Source: Ptychomitrium polyphyllum
Lineage: Eukaryota
DNA: 64,000 bases
Direction: 5' to 3'
Assembly (NCBI GenBank): GCA_973851085.1
Contig: OZ316775.1
Coordinates: forward strand, 8,122,001 to 8,186,000
Below the pieces are notes generated by a model. The model did not search any database. It had not been told where the DNA came from and saw only the letters and a program-made list of their open reading frames with translations. Both the position numbers and the translations under genes were made by a program. Shown in pieces: positions 49,701 through 64,000 of the stretch (the stretch's first letter is position 1; each line of letters opens with the position of its first letter).

Positions 49701-52700
49701 AAAACAATTTAAGGAAGTATAAGGTATGCATGGATAATGAAACACATGTTAATATTAATAATACACTAATCATTCCTATAATTTGATTTCAAAGGTGATG
49801 CTTGAAAGGCCCGCTTAACTACTGGCTAACAGTGTTATTTATCTTATCCTCCCAACACCAAAATAATGTAATATTGAGGGAGCTGAATTGGACCTTTGAG
49901 TCTTCCTGCCACTCACTTTCCATTTGCTTCACCTAAAAATACATCCAAACAGAAAAGTTTTGTCAAGTAGGGCAGTCTTTCAGTACCTTGTTTATTTCAG
50001 GTTATGATTGGCATAAAGATGAAGTGATTGGCCGTTGGTGTCGGTGGGCACGAAAAGAACAGCAAGATTTTTGAAATTTCTTTGAATTTTCTTTGATTTT
50101 TTTTATAAATCAAATGTAATACTTTCAAGAAAACCAAAGTACGACACTGAACCCAATCAGAGCCAACACCCAACTGGCCAAAATGAAGAACAGCAAGAAC
50201 TTTGTGGGCAACAATGGACTCTTGCCAAGCTCTTTCCTGACATGGACAAACCAATTCAGCCAAACTTATCATCACCTTACACATACCAAATTTGTCTCAT
50301 CCTGCACTTTGGTGCAACTCAGTTCCATGGAAGGCACTCAGCTGGCAGCTTTGTCTGAGACCGTGCATTACTGTGGCTTGCCCAGAGAATCTGGCCATTG
50401 GCCTTGTCTTGACTCTTGATCATCAGTGCTCACAATAATATCGTAGTGTACTAGAGTCAAGCAGCCAGCCCTAGGGGTCAAGGAAAAATGACCCTTACAA
50501 AATATTTTAACTGTGCATACGCATGGCAGCACCGTGGTGTACTCTTGTGGTAACTCTTGCGCATGGTAAACCCCTCAATGCCCAAGGCACTAATTGTGTC
50601 ACTGCTTGCACCTTAGGACATTGCTATGGCCATGGCCATGCCCATGTCTAGGATGTTATGTCATTGCACATTGACATTCCATGCCTATGTGGTTGTACCA
50701 TGGCATTGGATTTTTGTGATTATTTGTGCTTCTCATTTCAGCAGAAAGCTTATAATGGAGGGATTGGAGGGCAACAAGACAATGAAGATCCTTGCTGAGA
50801 AGGTAGTTGTGAATTAGGTGAAAATAGGCTTTTCAAAGAGTGTAGAATTATTTTGGAATCTATTTCAAGGTTTGCAGAATCTGCATTTATTTTGGACTTT
50901 TAAGCCTTCATTTCCTTATTTAGGCAACTCAACCTTGCAAGCAAATAACGTACACAAAGACAAAGACAAAATTTAAATTTAAAATATTATTTATTGTTTA
51001 ATGTTTTTATACTTACAATTTAAGCTCCATTCAAACATCAATAATATATTTACAAACTTCTTCTTGATTTTGGAAGTGATTTAATCTTCTTTTGAAAGGT
51101 TCGACATATACATCTTAAAGAAGTTTGAATACTTAGCCTTGCATTCTATGCAAAAAATGGTTTGTGTTTTTCTTTTGATTTTTTGAATAAATTTTGATAC
51201 ATCATTTTCTTTTGCAAGTAGTGCCCAAGTCTATGGAAATTTCATAAGAAGTATCTTATGAAGCATAATCTTCATGTAATAAATTAGAGGTAAGATGAAG
51301 CACATTTTAGTTTTGACAACATAAGTTGTAGAGTACATTCATAACATTTCCTTATTTTTAGTTTTTGCATCAATTCTTATTGTTTAATTGTTCCTTGGAA
51401 GCCAATTTTTGAAACCATTTCTTGCCAAATTTCTTATTTCTTATGTCCATAACAATTATCTATCTTTTCTGTGGATTAAGGTTCCAATTGATATGTTAAA
51501 AGTTTGTAATATTTTTTTAGTTTTTCTAGCATTAATGTTGAAATTCAATATCAAAAGAGTTATTTAAAGTTATTATAAGCTTATATACGATAAAGTAAAA
51601 TAAATAAAATAAAATAAAAAATCTATAGACAAGAAAGTACTAAAAATAAAAAAGAATATAAAAATAATCCTTAAGAATGTGTTAGATCTAATATTGAAAT
51701 TTGGCCTTATTATATGATAGATAGGATTGTCTAAAGCATAAGTAGGCAAAAATAACACATTTCCTTTGGACTTATTTATAATAGGTAAATTGAATCAAGG
51801 AGATGTCTAAAATTATATTAGAAGAGATTATGCCATTTTAATATTTAATAAATTTTTCTTAAAATAATACAATGGAAATTATATTTAATTAATTTAGCAA
51901 TATTCCAAAGTGATAATACAAATTTTGCTACATTTGTCTTTTTTCTTTCATTGGAAAAAATAGCTATTGACAATATTTTCAAAGATCCATTCAATTTATT
52001 GAAACTAAAACTAACAATATGAATAAATAAATCTAACTTCAAAGTAGGTGCATAGCACAATTTGAATGTTTAATCTAAAAATAATAGTTTGGTTGTAAAG
52101 AATCAATAGTTGGCACAATAATTTGATGTAACATCAAATAAAACCAACATGCCACTTTAGAGGTGGACCTCAATAATGGCAATGGTACTAATAAATTAGA
52201 TTCAAGTATAGAAGTGCAAGTTGGAAGAAGAAATATGGAGAAGCTTGAATGCACATAGTTGTTATGATAGATTCAAAAAGCATCATAAACATAGGTAATA
52301 ACATTGACATGAATCAAACAATATTATAGTGAGGCATCTAAAAATTGATTCCATTGTTGTTGTAATTTATTGCATCAAGAACCTTGCTACATGTCAAGCT
52401 TCAACATTTCAATTTGTAAAATGATCTAATACTAGTACCTTAATATTACGCAATGTAATTAAGTACAAAATTGAATTTAAACTTAAATACTATGATGATA
52501 TTGTGATTAAAGCCGCCAATTAGTTAAAATGGTTAAAATATAGGTTTCAGTGTCATAATATTGTCATTTAGAGTATGTAAATTATATTAGTATTAATAAG
52601 GTATTATTTTAATTCAATATTAATTGTACTAGTTGACAATTGGTCATTAAATGGCAATAAAAAATATTTGGCTATAAGAATTAAGTAAAGCACTAGAAAT

Positions 52701-54823
52701 GTCAAGGCATTTGTGCTTTAAAATGTAAGTACATAACTTTTTATTGTAATAGATTTAAATTCTTTCTTAATTTAATAGATTTTTTCTTAATTTAAATGCC
52801 TATTTCAACCAAATTATTTCAAATTTGATCATTAAACCACTTTCAATTCAACACTCTACATCTCCAATTTAAACAAGCATTAAACCTTTAAATTTTGTAT
52901 TTTTGTAATAAACCTCAATAAAAACAAAAATTTCAAGTTTTTTCACAAAAGGTTCTTTAATCATGCACAATAATTTAAACATGTAATTCAAATGTTGCTA
53001 ATTTAATAGTTAAGGAATATATAACAAATTCATGCACATAGTACAATTCAAATATCTTCCAAATACAATTTAACAGACAAAAATCTTAGAAAATATTGTT
53101 AGATTTTCATTTTTTAAATACTTATTTCATCATTAACCTTTGTTTGATTAGGCATTATTGAAAAAATTACAAGAAAGCCACTACTATTTGGCTATTTGAA
53201 AAGCCACCATCATCCAGTTTAATAATTAGCTAGTTGGAAATCAATACTATGCTACACACTTGACCTACTTCTACCTTTTCCAGTCTATTAAGTCTTTGGC
53301 ATAAATACAATTAGCACATATGCCAAAACAACACTATGCTACATCAATTAATTTTACATGTATTGCTTCCCAATTTTTTGTATGAAAATCTTAGCATATA
53401 CTTAGATGAAAATCCAAAATTATAAACTTTAGAAAATATTAGTAATATAGTGATTAATATGATAAAGAAATACATTAGAATTTCAAAAAAATTTAATGCA
53501 TATTTCAATCTATCCCAATCAATTTTATGAGTTGCTATCTTAAAATAAATATGTGAATATTGGCGCAACTAATGCAAACATATCAAATTTGATATAATAA
53601 TTTGTTATTTTTTGCAAAAATAAGTTTAAAGTGTATTTGATAAAACTTTGTTCTTTAAAAAGGCACTTAATAAATATAACTTGTTAATTCAACAATGGCA
53701 TTAAATTTTGGATCCTTCCAAAACGAGTTGAATTATCCAAAACCAGCTGAATTTAGTTTGTACAAGGTGTCTAAAGCTCTTCCAACCAATCATCCAAATT
53801 GGGAGTGATTATTTATAATAAATATATTTATCCATCTGGATTTATTATACATTTATTTTATTATAAATGTATTTATTATAAATTTTGGAATGGAAAGCAT
53901 TGATGGAATGAGAAAAGCCTTGATATGAGAGGATTATTTGTATTTTATTCTTTGCAAGATAATATTATTGTCTTCATTGTATAAATTTTTTATAGATCTA
54001 TATAACAATAATTAAAAGAGTCTGTTATTTGATTACAAAAGAGAAATATTATAGTTGGAAAGTATGCACTAGGCACATTGTAATTTTGCATTGCAACAAA
54101 CTTAGACATATCACATTCAACAATTCAATATGAGCTAAAGAGATTTTAAAATTGTAAAACAGTGGCTTTTTGTAAGATTCCAAGTTGGCTATATAAGTTG
54201 ATATTACGAAGCAGAAGGAAATTAGAACACATTATTAATGCATAATAAACAAATATTTAGCATAATCAAGCGTACAAATGCTACTCAAGGAATTGCTGAG
54301 CGCTTATTTAAAAATTTGGCTGCATGTCTATTATGATTTGGAATACTTTTATAGGATATGAAAAATATCCTCTTATTATATGCTACATAAAAGACAAAAA
54401 AGTGGCAACTTTATTGACTTGTATATGAAAGTTGCTTAAGCGGCTTGTACTTTATGCACAATGCTTATAGAAGACGGCATCCTAGTGCATTATAAATTTA
54501 TTATCAAAAGATTGGCAAAAACCACATAAGATGAAGGAGCTTACTTGGCAGAACAAATTTGGTGGACTTCAATTCCATAGAAAATGTGTAAATTATACTA
54601 AATGACCTTGTTTAAAATAAGACTCACCCTAAACAACTCAAAATCATTCAATACAGATAAAAAGCTGTGTCCATGGAAAATCTTTAAATTTGTATTGATT
54701 GCATGCTTCGTTGAATGAGGACTGTAGTCAATTTCGGGGGTTAATACTAGGTGGTAGATAGTGTGTCATAAAAAGCATGATTTGACAACTTCAATATTCA
54801 AAATTGTTATGCCATGAATTTAG

Positions 54824-55192
<369 letters not shown>

Positions 55193-56629
55193 TGAATTTA
55201 TATGAAACATGAAATTTTACTACCAGGGATAGTATGTACAATTCTGTTGATTGTGAATTAGGTACTATTTTCATGAAATTTGACATTACACTAAACACAT
55301 TAAGTTGATAACAAAGAAAAAAAAACTAATTTCACCATGATGCATACATTACAAAAGTCTTACAGGATAGAGTGGTGACATGAAAACATGTCTTCTACAG
55401 CTACCCCGGGTCTCAAGGCTGGACTGTAGTAGCTCTAAAACCAAGTTTGGAGTCCTTGAACTTAAGCCAGAGCATTTGTTTAGTACCAAAGCACACACCC
55501 AGCACAGAGAGTGTCTACCATGTTTTGTCATTTAATGTTACAATGTCCCTGCATTACACTTCTGTGCAAAAGTGTCCATTAATGCGTATATAACATCAAC
55601 ACCTTCATGCAGAACAATTCTTATTCACAACAAATCTTTTAGGTAAGCCAGCCCATATCCACCATGCAAAGCATTGTACTAACAGTTTTTAAAGAAAATT
55701 TCTAAAACTTTTTCTTTTCAAAATCAAAAGCTAGTTTTTTAATTAATTATGAATATATATAAATGAATTATAAGTTCCAAAGGATGCTTTTGTAAAAGTC
55801 TGAAAATCACTAGTAAGTCAATTTATTAACCACTCAAATAATATCTACATTTGACCTTCCTTAAATGTTAGGCCTTTAGAGCAGAAAAAAAACATCTAAA
55901 GAGGTATCACATATAATAAATAAAGAGGGTCATTTAAAAAAAGGTCTCATTTATATAGACAACATTGATCAAGGATGTAAATTGTAAAAAATAGCACTAA
56001 TGCAAGGTGCGTATGGAGTAATATAATAATTAAAAAACTACTACATTAGTGATTATATTATTGGAAAACACTTATCAATAGTATTTTGGTGTATGCACTA
56101 AATTTGAAGTTTTACTAAATCCTTTTCAATAGATTTTGGCTTGGAATTAAGATGATCAACTATCATAGAATGTTGTTTCAAATAAGTGAAAAGAAGCTAA
56201 AATGCTTTAGTTACAATTAAAATTTGAAAACTAAAAATTCAAATTATGAAGGTGGTTGCACTAACTATGTCACTTCATTTTCCTCATCTTGAGTTGTATT
56301 GTTCATTTGTACCATTCAAACAAAAAAATAGCATTAATAGATCCTTAGTATAATTTATACTAACAAAAAGAGACTACATAGAAAACTATTAACCCTAACT
56401 CTAAATTTACTCATTGTTATGTAATTGCACATACAAATGAAATCATTTGTATGTATCATATACTAATAGAAACACCATATATTAGTAGAAATAAGAAAAA
56501 TAACATCTATTAAGAATGGATTTGTACAAGAGAGAGCATAGATTTTTTAAGATTATGTAACATTTGACATATAACATTTACAAGTGTATTCTTTTCAAGA
56601 GCGCCAAAAAGATAACAATTAGGGTATTG

Positions 56630-56686
56630 TAATAACTATTACTATTATTATTATAATTATTATTATACTATTATTATTATTATTAT
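56630..56686. repeat. Imperfect (TAT)n microsatellite
   Basis: Read directly from the sequence. Confidence 0.8.
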
Positions 56687-57146
56687 ACATATAGATCCAT
56701 CTTCTCTATTGTTCCCACTCCATAAGTCTTGAGAACTTTTCTTCGGCAGTTGGTTTCTATGGATTCTATGGAGGAATGAGAAATTAAAATTTGAATCACT
56801 TTGTCAAGAGCAATCAATGTCGTTCAATCACAAATGACCTCGTGATAGATGAGGTTTCAGATGAGGTTTATGAAATGACAAATCCTATGCTTCAATGTAG
56901 AACAAAAAGAGAGACTGTGTGGTAAGCCCCACCAAATAATTAAGACTACATGCAAAAACAACAGCTGTGAGGATTCTAGAGGCACCGTCTGTACTAGAAC
57001 TCAAAGTGGTTTCAAAGAAAGAGAAACTCTCAATTCTCTTGCTCCAACCACAGGGGACGAAGCGGAGAAAACAATCAATAACGCAACTACATTATTCTCT
57101 TGCGCGCAGGCCTCCTTTTTATGCTAAGTGAACATGAAACGCCAGT

Positions 57147-58615
57147 CTATTGCCCAAATAGGTCCTGGAAAAGGGCAGGATTGGCGCCTGTAGGCGTAAC
57201 GCCAACTTGCCGAGTAGCAGCATCTTTTTGCAAAGAATCTTGCAAGGAGGGTCCTTTTCTCTCGGGGAAAGTAGTCGATGAGGATGAACTTGATTGTGAA
57301 AGCCCAGCGAGCCCTGTCAGGGGACTGGTTGCTGGGAACTCATTCAAGTCCAGAAGTCCTGCTTCAGGCCTATTCACAGGCTCTATCTCAGAACTGCTAG
57401 TGAGCCCTAAAGACAGAAAGTTATGATCACTTGTTGAAGGGACAGTGTTGTGAGAGACAATGGGAGTGTTGTCATACAAAGACATGAAATCTATACTACT
57501 ACTCTGGGGTGCTGCTGGTGTGGACAACGATGCAGCCGTAGAAGGCCCATCAAGTAGACCTTCTAGCTCCTTGAACGGATCATACGAGGGCTTCGCAACA
57601 GGAGCTGAGAACAAGTCGCCTCCACCCATGTCCATAAGGTCCATAAGTGGAGCTGGGGCTTGAGATGAACTTGGTATCTTTTCTTTCGAGCCACCTGCCG
57701 CACGCCGACTGGCTGTTGGCTTTGACTCCTTGACTCCGTTTGCAGTCCTCTGGGAGCCTCCAAACAATGACGCTGCCAATCTCTGTTTCTCAGCTGGAAC
57801 CTCTAGCGGAGCCTTCTTTTTCTCGGTGTACGCAGGCACTGCCCAATGACCATCCCGTTCCACAGATCAATAAAGATCAACAATACCAGATAGGTGTAAC
57901 CTATTTGAACGATCATGTTACAAAACGCGAACAATTCGCTCAAATGTATCTCGTAGCAGCAATCATGACTTAGCACAAAATCTACATACATTGTCAATCA
58001 ACATTATCATACAATTACGAGTAAACTAACCTGTTGAAGTGCTTTCCCTGTTCAAGCTTCCTCTTTCTGAAACAATACTACCACCATTACCGCCCCTTTC
58101 TTTTTCTTGGTCAAAACTTGATGTAGTCGCAAGAGAAGGTTGAGAGGGAGCTGATGCACGACCCCATTTCTTCTGTACTCCATCTAACCGAAGTCTTGCA
58201 ATTTCAGGTCCAAGTAAATCCACCTGTGAATTATCAGCTGCTAACTGATTTCTGAGACTTCGAGGTGATTCAGGCTTTTTCTCCTGGAAATCTGGAAGGA
58301 GGGAAGGTGGAGCAGACGAAGAATCAGAGGGAGTGTATACAGTTGGTGTTTCATAAGCTTCAAACCGTAGTGCATGGGAGGGCTCCTGCTGGCTGCGGCT
58401 AGTACTCACAAATGAACTCATGCCACTGCTCATCTCAAGGCGCTCGTTCTCATGAATGTAAGGACGGGCCCCATTAGTCAGAGCCGAGTCTACAAACTCT
58501 TGTAAAAATGGTAACTCCGCATTAATCTGCAGATTTACCCAGCAAGGTTTCCGTATTCAGTATTCATCTACGATAAGAAACGCACTATACAAATTTCGAT
58601 TATTAAGAGCCTTAT

Positions 58616-58686
<71 letters not shown>

Positions 58687-61600
58687 AGACGAGGTTTGTA
58701 AACTCAAGCAATAGAACATCAAAGAGACCAGCGTACTAGAAAACACAACAGAAGAACACAGCCGCAGAATTAGGAAACAAAAGTACAAATCATTAGGAAA
58801 GGACTAGAAACAAAGTTCGTACAACTTTGAAACTTAAAGACAGATAAGACGATGGTCACAAATTTCCGAGAGAATTGTGAAATCGTTCTACATGACATAA
58901 TAGAGAAACTGATTCATGAGTCATAATTTTTTACTTACACCTGATGACATTCCAGAATTCTCTCGATAATTAAGTACCTCTAAAACCAAACTAGTATCAA
59001 CACCCGCATCCTAACGTTCGAAATGTTAGGGAAGTTCTTTAGGATCAAGCATGCACAAACCTCAATTTCTTCGCCACTTCCATTTACAGGCAACACCTTC
59101 TGCACGATGTTCGGACTAAGTCCAAGAAATACTTGCAACTCATAAGCTCGTTGCTGTAAGTCTGTGGAGTGGGATGCCAAGAGATCATCCATAAATGAAC
59201 GACACTGCAATGCCAGCAAGAACAAACCCATCGTCAAATACCACTCACGGCCTCAAAACTTCCAGACGATAATTGTCATTGATTTACAACTGTCTTCAGC
59301 CACACGATTGACTGCTCAGGATACAATAACAAGACCTGAAACTCACCAAATGGTCCACACAACAAAGAAATGGCTACAAAAGTACGCCTAATCTCAGGAT
59401 TTTAGGTGTAACATGCAATAATGTATAGTTGCAACATATATTACTTATGAAGGAATCAGCTGCTTTCAAGGAAAAATCTCGCTAAAGGTGCACCTCTAAT
59501 TAACTTAACTCTAGATAAAAGGGAACAATTTGCTCAAATAAGACTTGTTCTAGCTCTGTGCAAACTTTGCATCTAAAACTAGACTGCAATTCGTGTCGTA
59601 ATTTCATTACAAGAAAAAGGAGTATTTGCTTGAGATTTGAAAGATCACCTCGGGTATAAGCTGAACTTCTCTGCCTGCCCCAATCTCAAACGCGCATATC
59701 TTCGTGATTGCTGTGATTGCATACCCCTACCATGTCCACAGTAGCATTCAGCAATTCAGCCCAGCTGTACTCATCCAGTAAGGAGCAATCACCGGTCATA
59801 GTTCTATACAATAAATAATGATACTTTAATGAGCAATAAAAGTTCACGTCAGCAAAAACACATCCAACATGCTGGTGGATGGAAAACAGCATAATGCAAG
59901 AGAATAGAGGCACCCTCACCTTTACAACAGTATCACTGGAGTGAGCTTCAGCAACATCACAGAGTTTGGCAATGATGTCATCCGCAGAATGAGTACCATC
60001 AACAGTTCCATACTCTCCTAGTACCCAGCATACAACCTGCATGTGCAGAATATTGTTCAACGTTAGGAGTAAATAAGGAAAAACTGCTGCCTAAATACAT
60101 TTGCCTACCAAAGCATCGAAGCTTCTTGCGTAACACTGTGGGTTGCTAGACTGAACTTCTAGCTTAATGGTCAGATGATTTGAGGTATGCACCAGCCATC
60201 TCAGGATAATTCTCAAGATAGAGTGAAAAACAATGTCAGTGGATGTTTTCAGATATCCTGATCCACATGTAGCATTACTAGTTTCAATAGCTATTCTTCC
60301 GGTGCTCACGAATAAAGAAGTCTCGTTACATATTTCATCCAAACTCACAAGAATATCTCCACTAGTTATCCTAAGAATTTCAACATAGAATTTTCTACAA
60401 TAACAGTATAAATCGCAAATCGTGGTTTGCATTATCTAGAGGATCAAAAATATACAAAAAAGGAAGAAGTGCTGTAGCTCAGTCAACCTGAAAGAGGATG
60501 GATGGCAATTTGGGTTCCCCAAGCAATTGCAAATAAGACTCCACCTACATGACCAAAAAAACATCACAACAATTAGACTCAAATTCCAGAAACGGATGCA
60601 CGTACACACACACACACAAAGAGGTCGTTGTAAATGAAGCGTCTTTTCCTGCTACACCCTACCCCTATGCCCATAGGACATAGGGTAGAAGTTTAGAGAG
60701 AGACCCCCGTATACATGCATACATACATACATTAGTATTGAGAGAGAAAATATACATGTTCGAAGAATGAAGAACAAAGTTGATACAAGAACGTTGTTCA
60801 CTACCAATAGTGATTCTTGACAACAAGTGGTCAAAGTGTGAACTTCACCAAAATAGGCAAACGAAAACAAGTGGTTTCAGTAGTGACAATAGCAACCTAT
60901 AAAGAACTGAAGTCAGAAGAAGTAAGCTTCAAGCATCCACAGAAAGGGTAGAGAAATATACAGCAGAGGATCTGAGAAGAGAATCTGCTTCTTCGTCATC
61001 CTCACCAGCGCCTTTAGCAAGTAGACGCATGAGGTCGTGCGCGACTTTGGTAGGCACCAAATCTCCTGCCAGCTCAAAAATTTGGTTCATAGTCTGTTGC
61101 ATCGCACCAAAAATTAGATTCCAAATTAGCAGATAATCATGACAAATTAGGTTGTATTGAAACTTCTCGTAGCAAAATATAAATTCACATGAGACGTAGA
61201 AGGTCCCGCTGCCCAAAGAAAATTTTCACAATATCAGAAAGTCTAAGCGTTTCAAGAGTAATACCTGTATGAACCATTGATTACTGGGTGCAAATCTCTC
61301 AGCCAGCTCAACTATCCGACTTGCAATCTCTGTTTTGTTGTGTGCGTCACTCAAAGTGCGCATATAACTTACCATGCGATCAACTATTACTTCCACATTT
61401 GTTGACTTTGTCATTTTGTACAAAAGATCCAGCGTCTTCCGCTTCAAGGTATCATCTTGATCCTGTCAACAAGCAGGACACCAAAAAAATAAAAATTTAA
61501 AACATTCATGGATTAGCTTCTGCAAAATAAAGTCTTGAATAGAAATACGAGAAAAGAAAAACACTTTAGCAAATGCTGTTTACTAAGTGCAAAACTTCAG

Positions 61601-63853
61601 TTTGAATATAGATCATTATCTCCAATCCAACTTCAAAAAGCCAGTATCTGATCATACCTCAAGACAATCGATCACAGCCAACTGATGTTGCTCAGCAAAG
61701 TCTGGATTTATTTGAATGACACGTCCCAGAGCATCTATGCCCATATACTTGTAGTTGTGATTGTCACTCTAACCAAAACGACACATCATAGAAATATTTA
61801 AGGGACATTCATGCATGCGGTGTCTGAGAAACTTTGAGATGAAATTAATTAAAAACCATCTATTCCTCACCATCTTAAGAACTACTGTGACCAACAGTAA
61901 CGAACGAATTCAGTGCATATACGCATTCAACGAGTTCAACGCAAGAACTGCTGATAGAGAAAAATAGGCAACATTATAAGTTTATAATTACCAGCCCACA
62001 GTAAACCAACTGTTCACTACATTTGACATGCTGTACATTACTGAATACAGATCAACAAAGAAAAACTCACCTTCAAAAATCGAGATGTGATGTCAGCAGC
62101 CATCCCAAGGAGCTTGGGACTTGCTGCAATTGCTGTAATTGTGCAGATGCACTCATACAAGATGGCATTGCTTATATTTGTGGCAGGTTCGCCTTTACCA
62201 GGCTCGCATCTTTTGAGAACCTCCCACAACACACTGTACATGTTCTCACTCGTATGCCTGTCCCCTGCCCCTAGCAAAGCCAAGATTTTCAAAATCTTGA
62301 TCTGCACCCAGCACATAAGAGCATTAGAGACTCGAACGGACCAATACTAAAATGGGGCAGAAACTTGAAAAACTGCAATTGGATGGAACAACAACACTAA
62401 AATACTTAAAAAAGACAACAAGAAAACCAATTTCATCCTGAACAAACGTACGTTCAGTTCTCGAAACTTGATATCAATGTCCATCACACGATCTACAACT
62501 ATAACTCGTAAGTGCTAGACGTATAAATTGCAGGCAACCCTAGAGGAGCCACAAATCTTTCAATTCAGAAACACTAAACGCAATGTAGCGTCCGACTTGA
62601 AAAAGTTAGTCAATGCAAATTGAGCACCTGTACAAAAGGAGCTGGCGTACGATGATAATCATATGCCTTAGGGAGCCGGTGCTCTGCTACTTGCTTGAGA
62701 ATACTCACAAAGCTGGCCGTAAGATTTTTGAATGCTTTTACATCCGATGAGACCAAGTCAAATAGTGCACAGAGTGCTGCACTCATCACACAAGGGTCCT
62801 TATCACATAGGATCTGCAGCACCCACATTGAATCTTTAATGAGGAAAATGTAGATCCTGTTGCTAATCACAAGACATTAGAAAATCACTCCAAGCAATCT
62901 ATAACAACAGATGCTCATTGATATCAAAGGTAGATTAAAGGTTGATTCTCCAAAGGAGATCAGCCTTCAAAGTACAATCTGAAGATTATGAAAAATACTG
63001 ACTCCCAAAAAAGGTAATCATTCAAGGTAACCTACCTGTCGAAACTTTGTGAGAAGATGAGACACCGAACTTGGAGAGCGTTGGTGAAATCTGTGCAATG
63101 CCATAACAGCCTTCTTCCTCACATGTTCCTTGGGGTGCCCCAACAAGTCGACAACTTGTGGCAACACGGCAGGAATAGTCTCTTCATTGATAAGCTTACA
63201 CACAGCTGTAAGAGCAGCAGAAACAATAAGATAATTATCTGACTTCAAATCCTTCTGGATAGTGTTGATGATAAGGATAATAAGATTGTGATCTTCGTTA
63301 AGGAACAAAGTCGTAGCGAGATAACCACTCTTTTTACACAAAAGATTGTCATCATGAGTCATTTTGACAGCATAGATGTAGCCAAAGGACGCATCATGAC
63401 CAAGCATCTCTACATACACAAGCCGAATAATGTATTCCTTCATTTTCTTGCGCGGTACATCGGGTTCCATAATCCTCTTTTTAAGTGATTCAACCTCTGC
63501 CAACACGATACGCTCCTCCTCCGCCTTTGACTTGGCTTCTCCAATTGCCTTAACAAGATCTAAAAAATCTTTGGAGGAACCCCAACTCCCTTGACTGCCC
63601 ATGGCAAGATCTCTTCCTATTGTCTTTAACTGGTCAACTGTGCCTTGTGACCTGCTTTTCACTCCAAAAATATTAAATTATAAATGCCACAACCTAAATC
63701 CAGTCGGGAAAAAGAAGTACACTGAAACAACTCAGAAAAAGGTGCATGGATGAAATAACTCGAAGCGACTACTACCACTCAAGATGGATAACGTTGAGAA
63801 TCTCACCCTTGCTTAAAAGCCTTCTTCACGATATCTGCCGCCCACGACTCCAT
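57147..63853 (-). CDS. AP4E1: AP-4 adaptor complex epsilon subunit
   Basis: Exons 63853-63807, 63651-63036, 62813-62628, 62301-62071, 61768-61658, 61462-61265, 61093-60962, 60544-60488, 60036-59920, 59726-59649, 59204-59061, 58526-58031, 57838-57147; in frame. Motifs QLKTIGRDLAMGSQG, FLDLVKAIGEAKSKAEE, LVYVEMLGHDASFGYI, DLQQRAYE, LRLDGVQKKWG and a plant-type C-terminus NPALFQDLFG. Confidence 0.93.
58616..58687. repeat. Inverted compound microsatellite (TG)14-TATACGTA-(CA)15 in an AP4E intron
   Basis: Read directly; forms a ~30-bp perfect stem with a 4-nt loop. Confidence 0.92.
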
Positions 63854-64000
63854 AGCAGCCCTGCAATATCATACATTCGAACATTACCAACCACAAACAC
63901 GTCCTAGTCGTTCTAGAAAATCTTGATAATCCAAGTGATTTCTAGTGCCGACAGCTATATTGAAAAAAACTGTAAATAATAAAATTAGTTGATATGTCGC

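Noticed and set aside
57803..57900. Alternative acceptor at 57901-57902 for the last AP4E exon
   Set aside because: It puts the exon in a frame that stops at 57803; the acceptor before 57838 preserves the conserved C-terminus.

Overview
Eukaryotic plant nuclear DNA with spliceosomal introns. The gene and TE content is moss-like (Funariaceae/Physcomitrium-like), but this is an inference. I reconstructed six apparently intact protein genes exon by exon. (1) A cytoplasmic kinase whose CDS starts before the window; a plant U-box N-terminal (UND, PUB13-like) helical domain sits inside a Ser/Glu-rich repeat array, with no U-box or ARM repeats (2-4422 +). (2) Plastid-type octanoyltransferase LIP2 (-). 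(3) A receptor-like kinase with two tandem SPARK-like ectodomains (+). (4) tRNA m2G10 methyltransferase TRM11 with a GC-AG intron (-). (5) A LAZY/IGT-family gene whose 6-nt first and 20-nt last coding exons are missed by the ORF track (-). (6) AP-4 epsilon adaptin (-). There is also a 5'-truncated ABCC/MRP pseudogene. A TE nest at 24-36.5 kb holds three solo LTRs of one family, a degenerate full-length chromodomain gypsy element and a nested solo LTR of that element's family, all with readable 5-bp TSDs. The rest comprises a Tc1-like transposase relic, two mitochondrial insertions (nad4 inside an LTR, and cox1) and several tandem or inverted repeats. The best candidate for novel biology is the UND-repeat-kinase fusion, an MLKL-like layout with intact catalytic motifs. 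Family assignments come from recalled motifs, not database searches.
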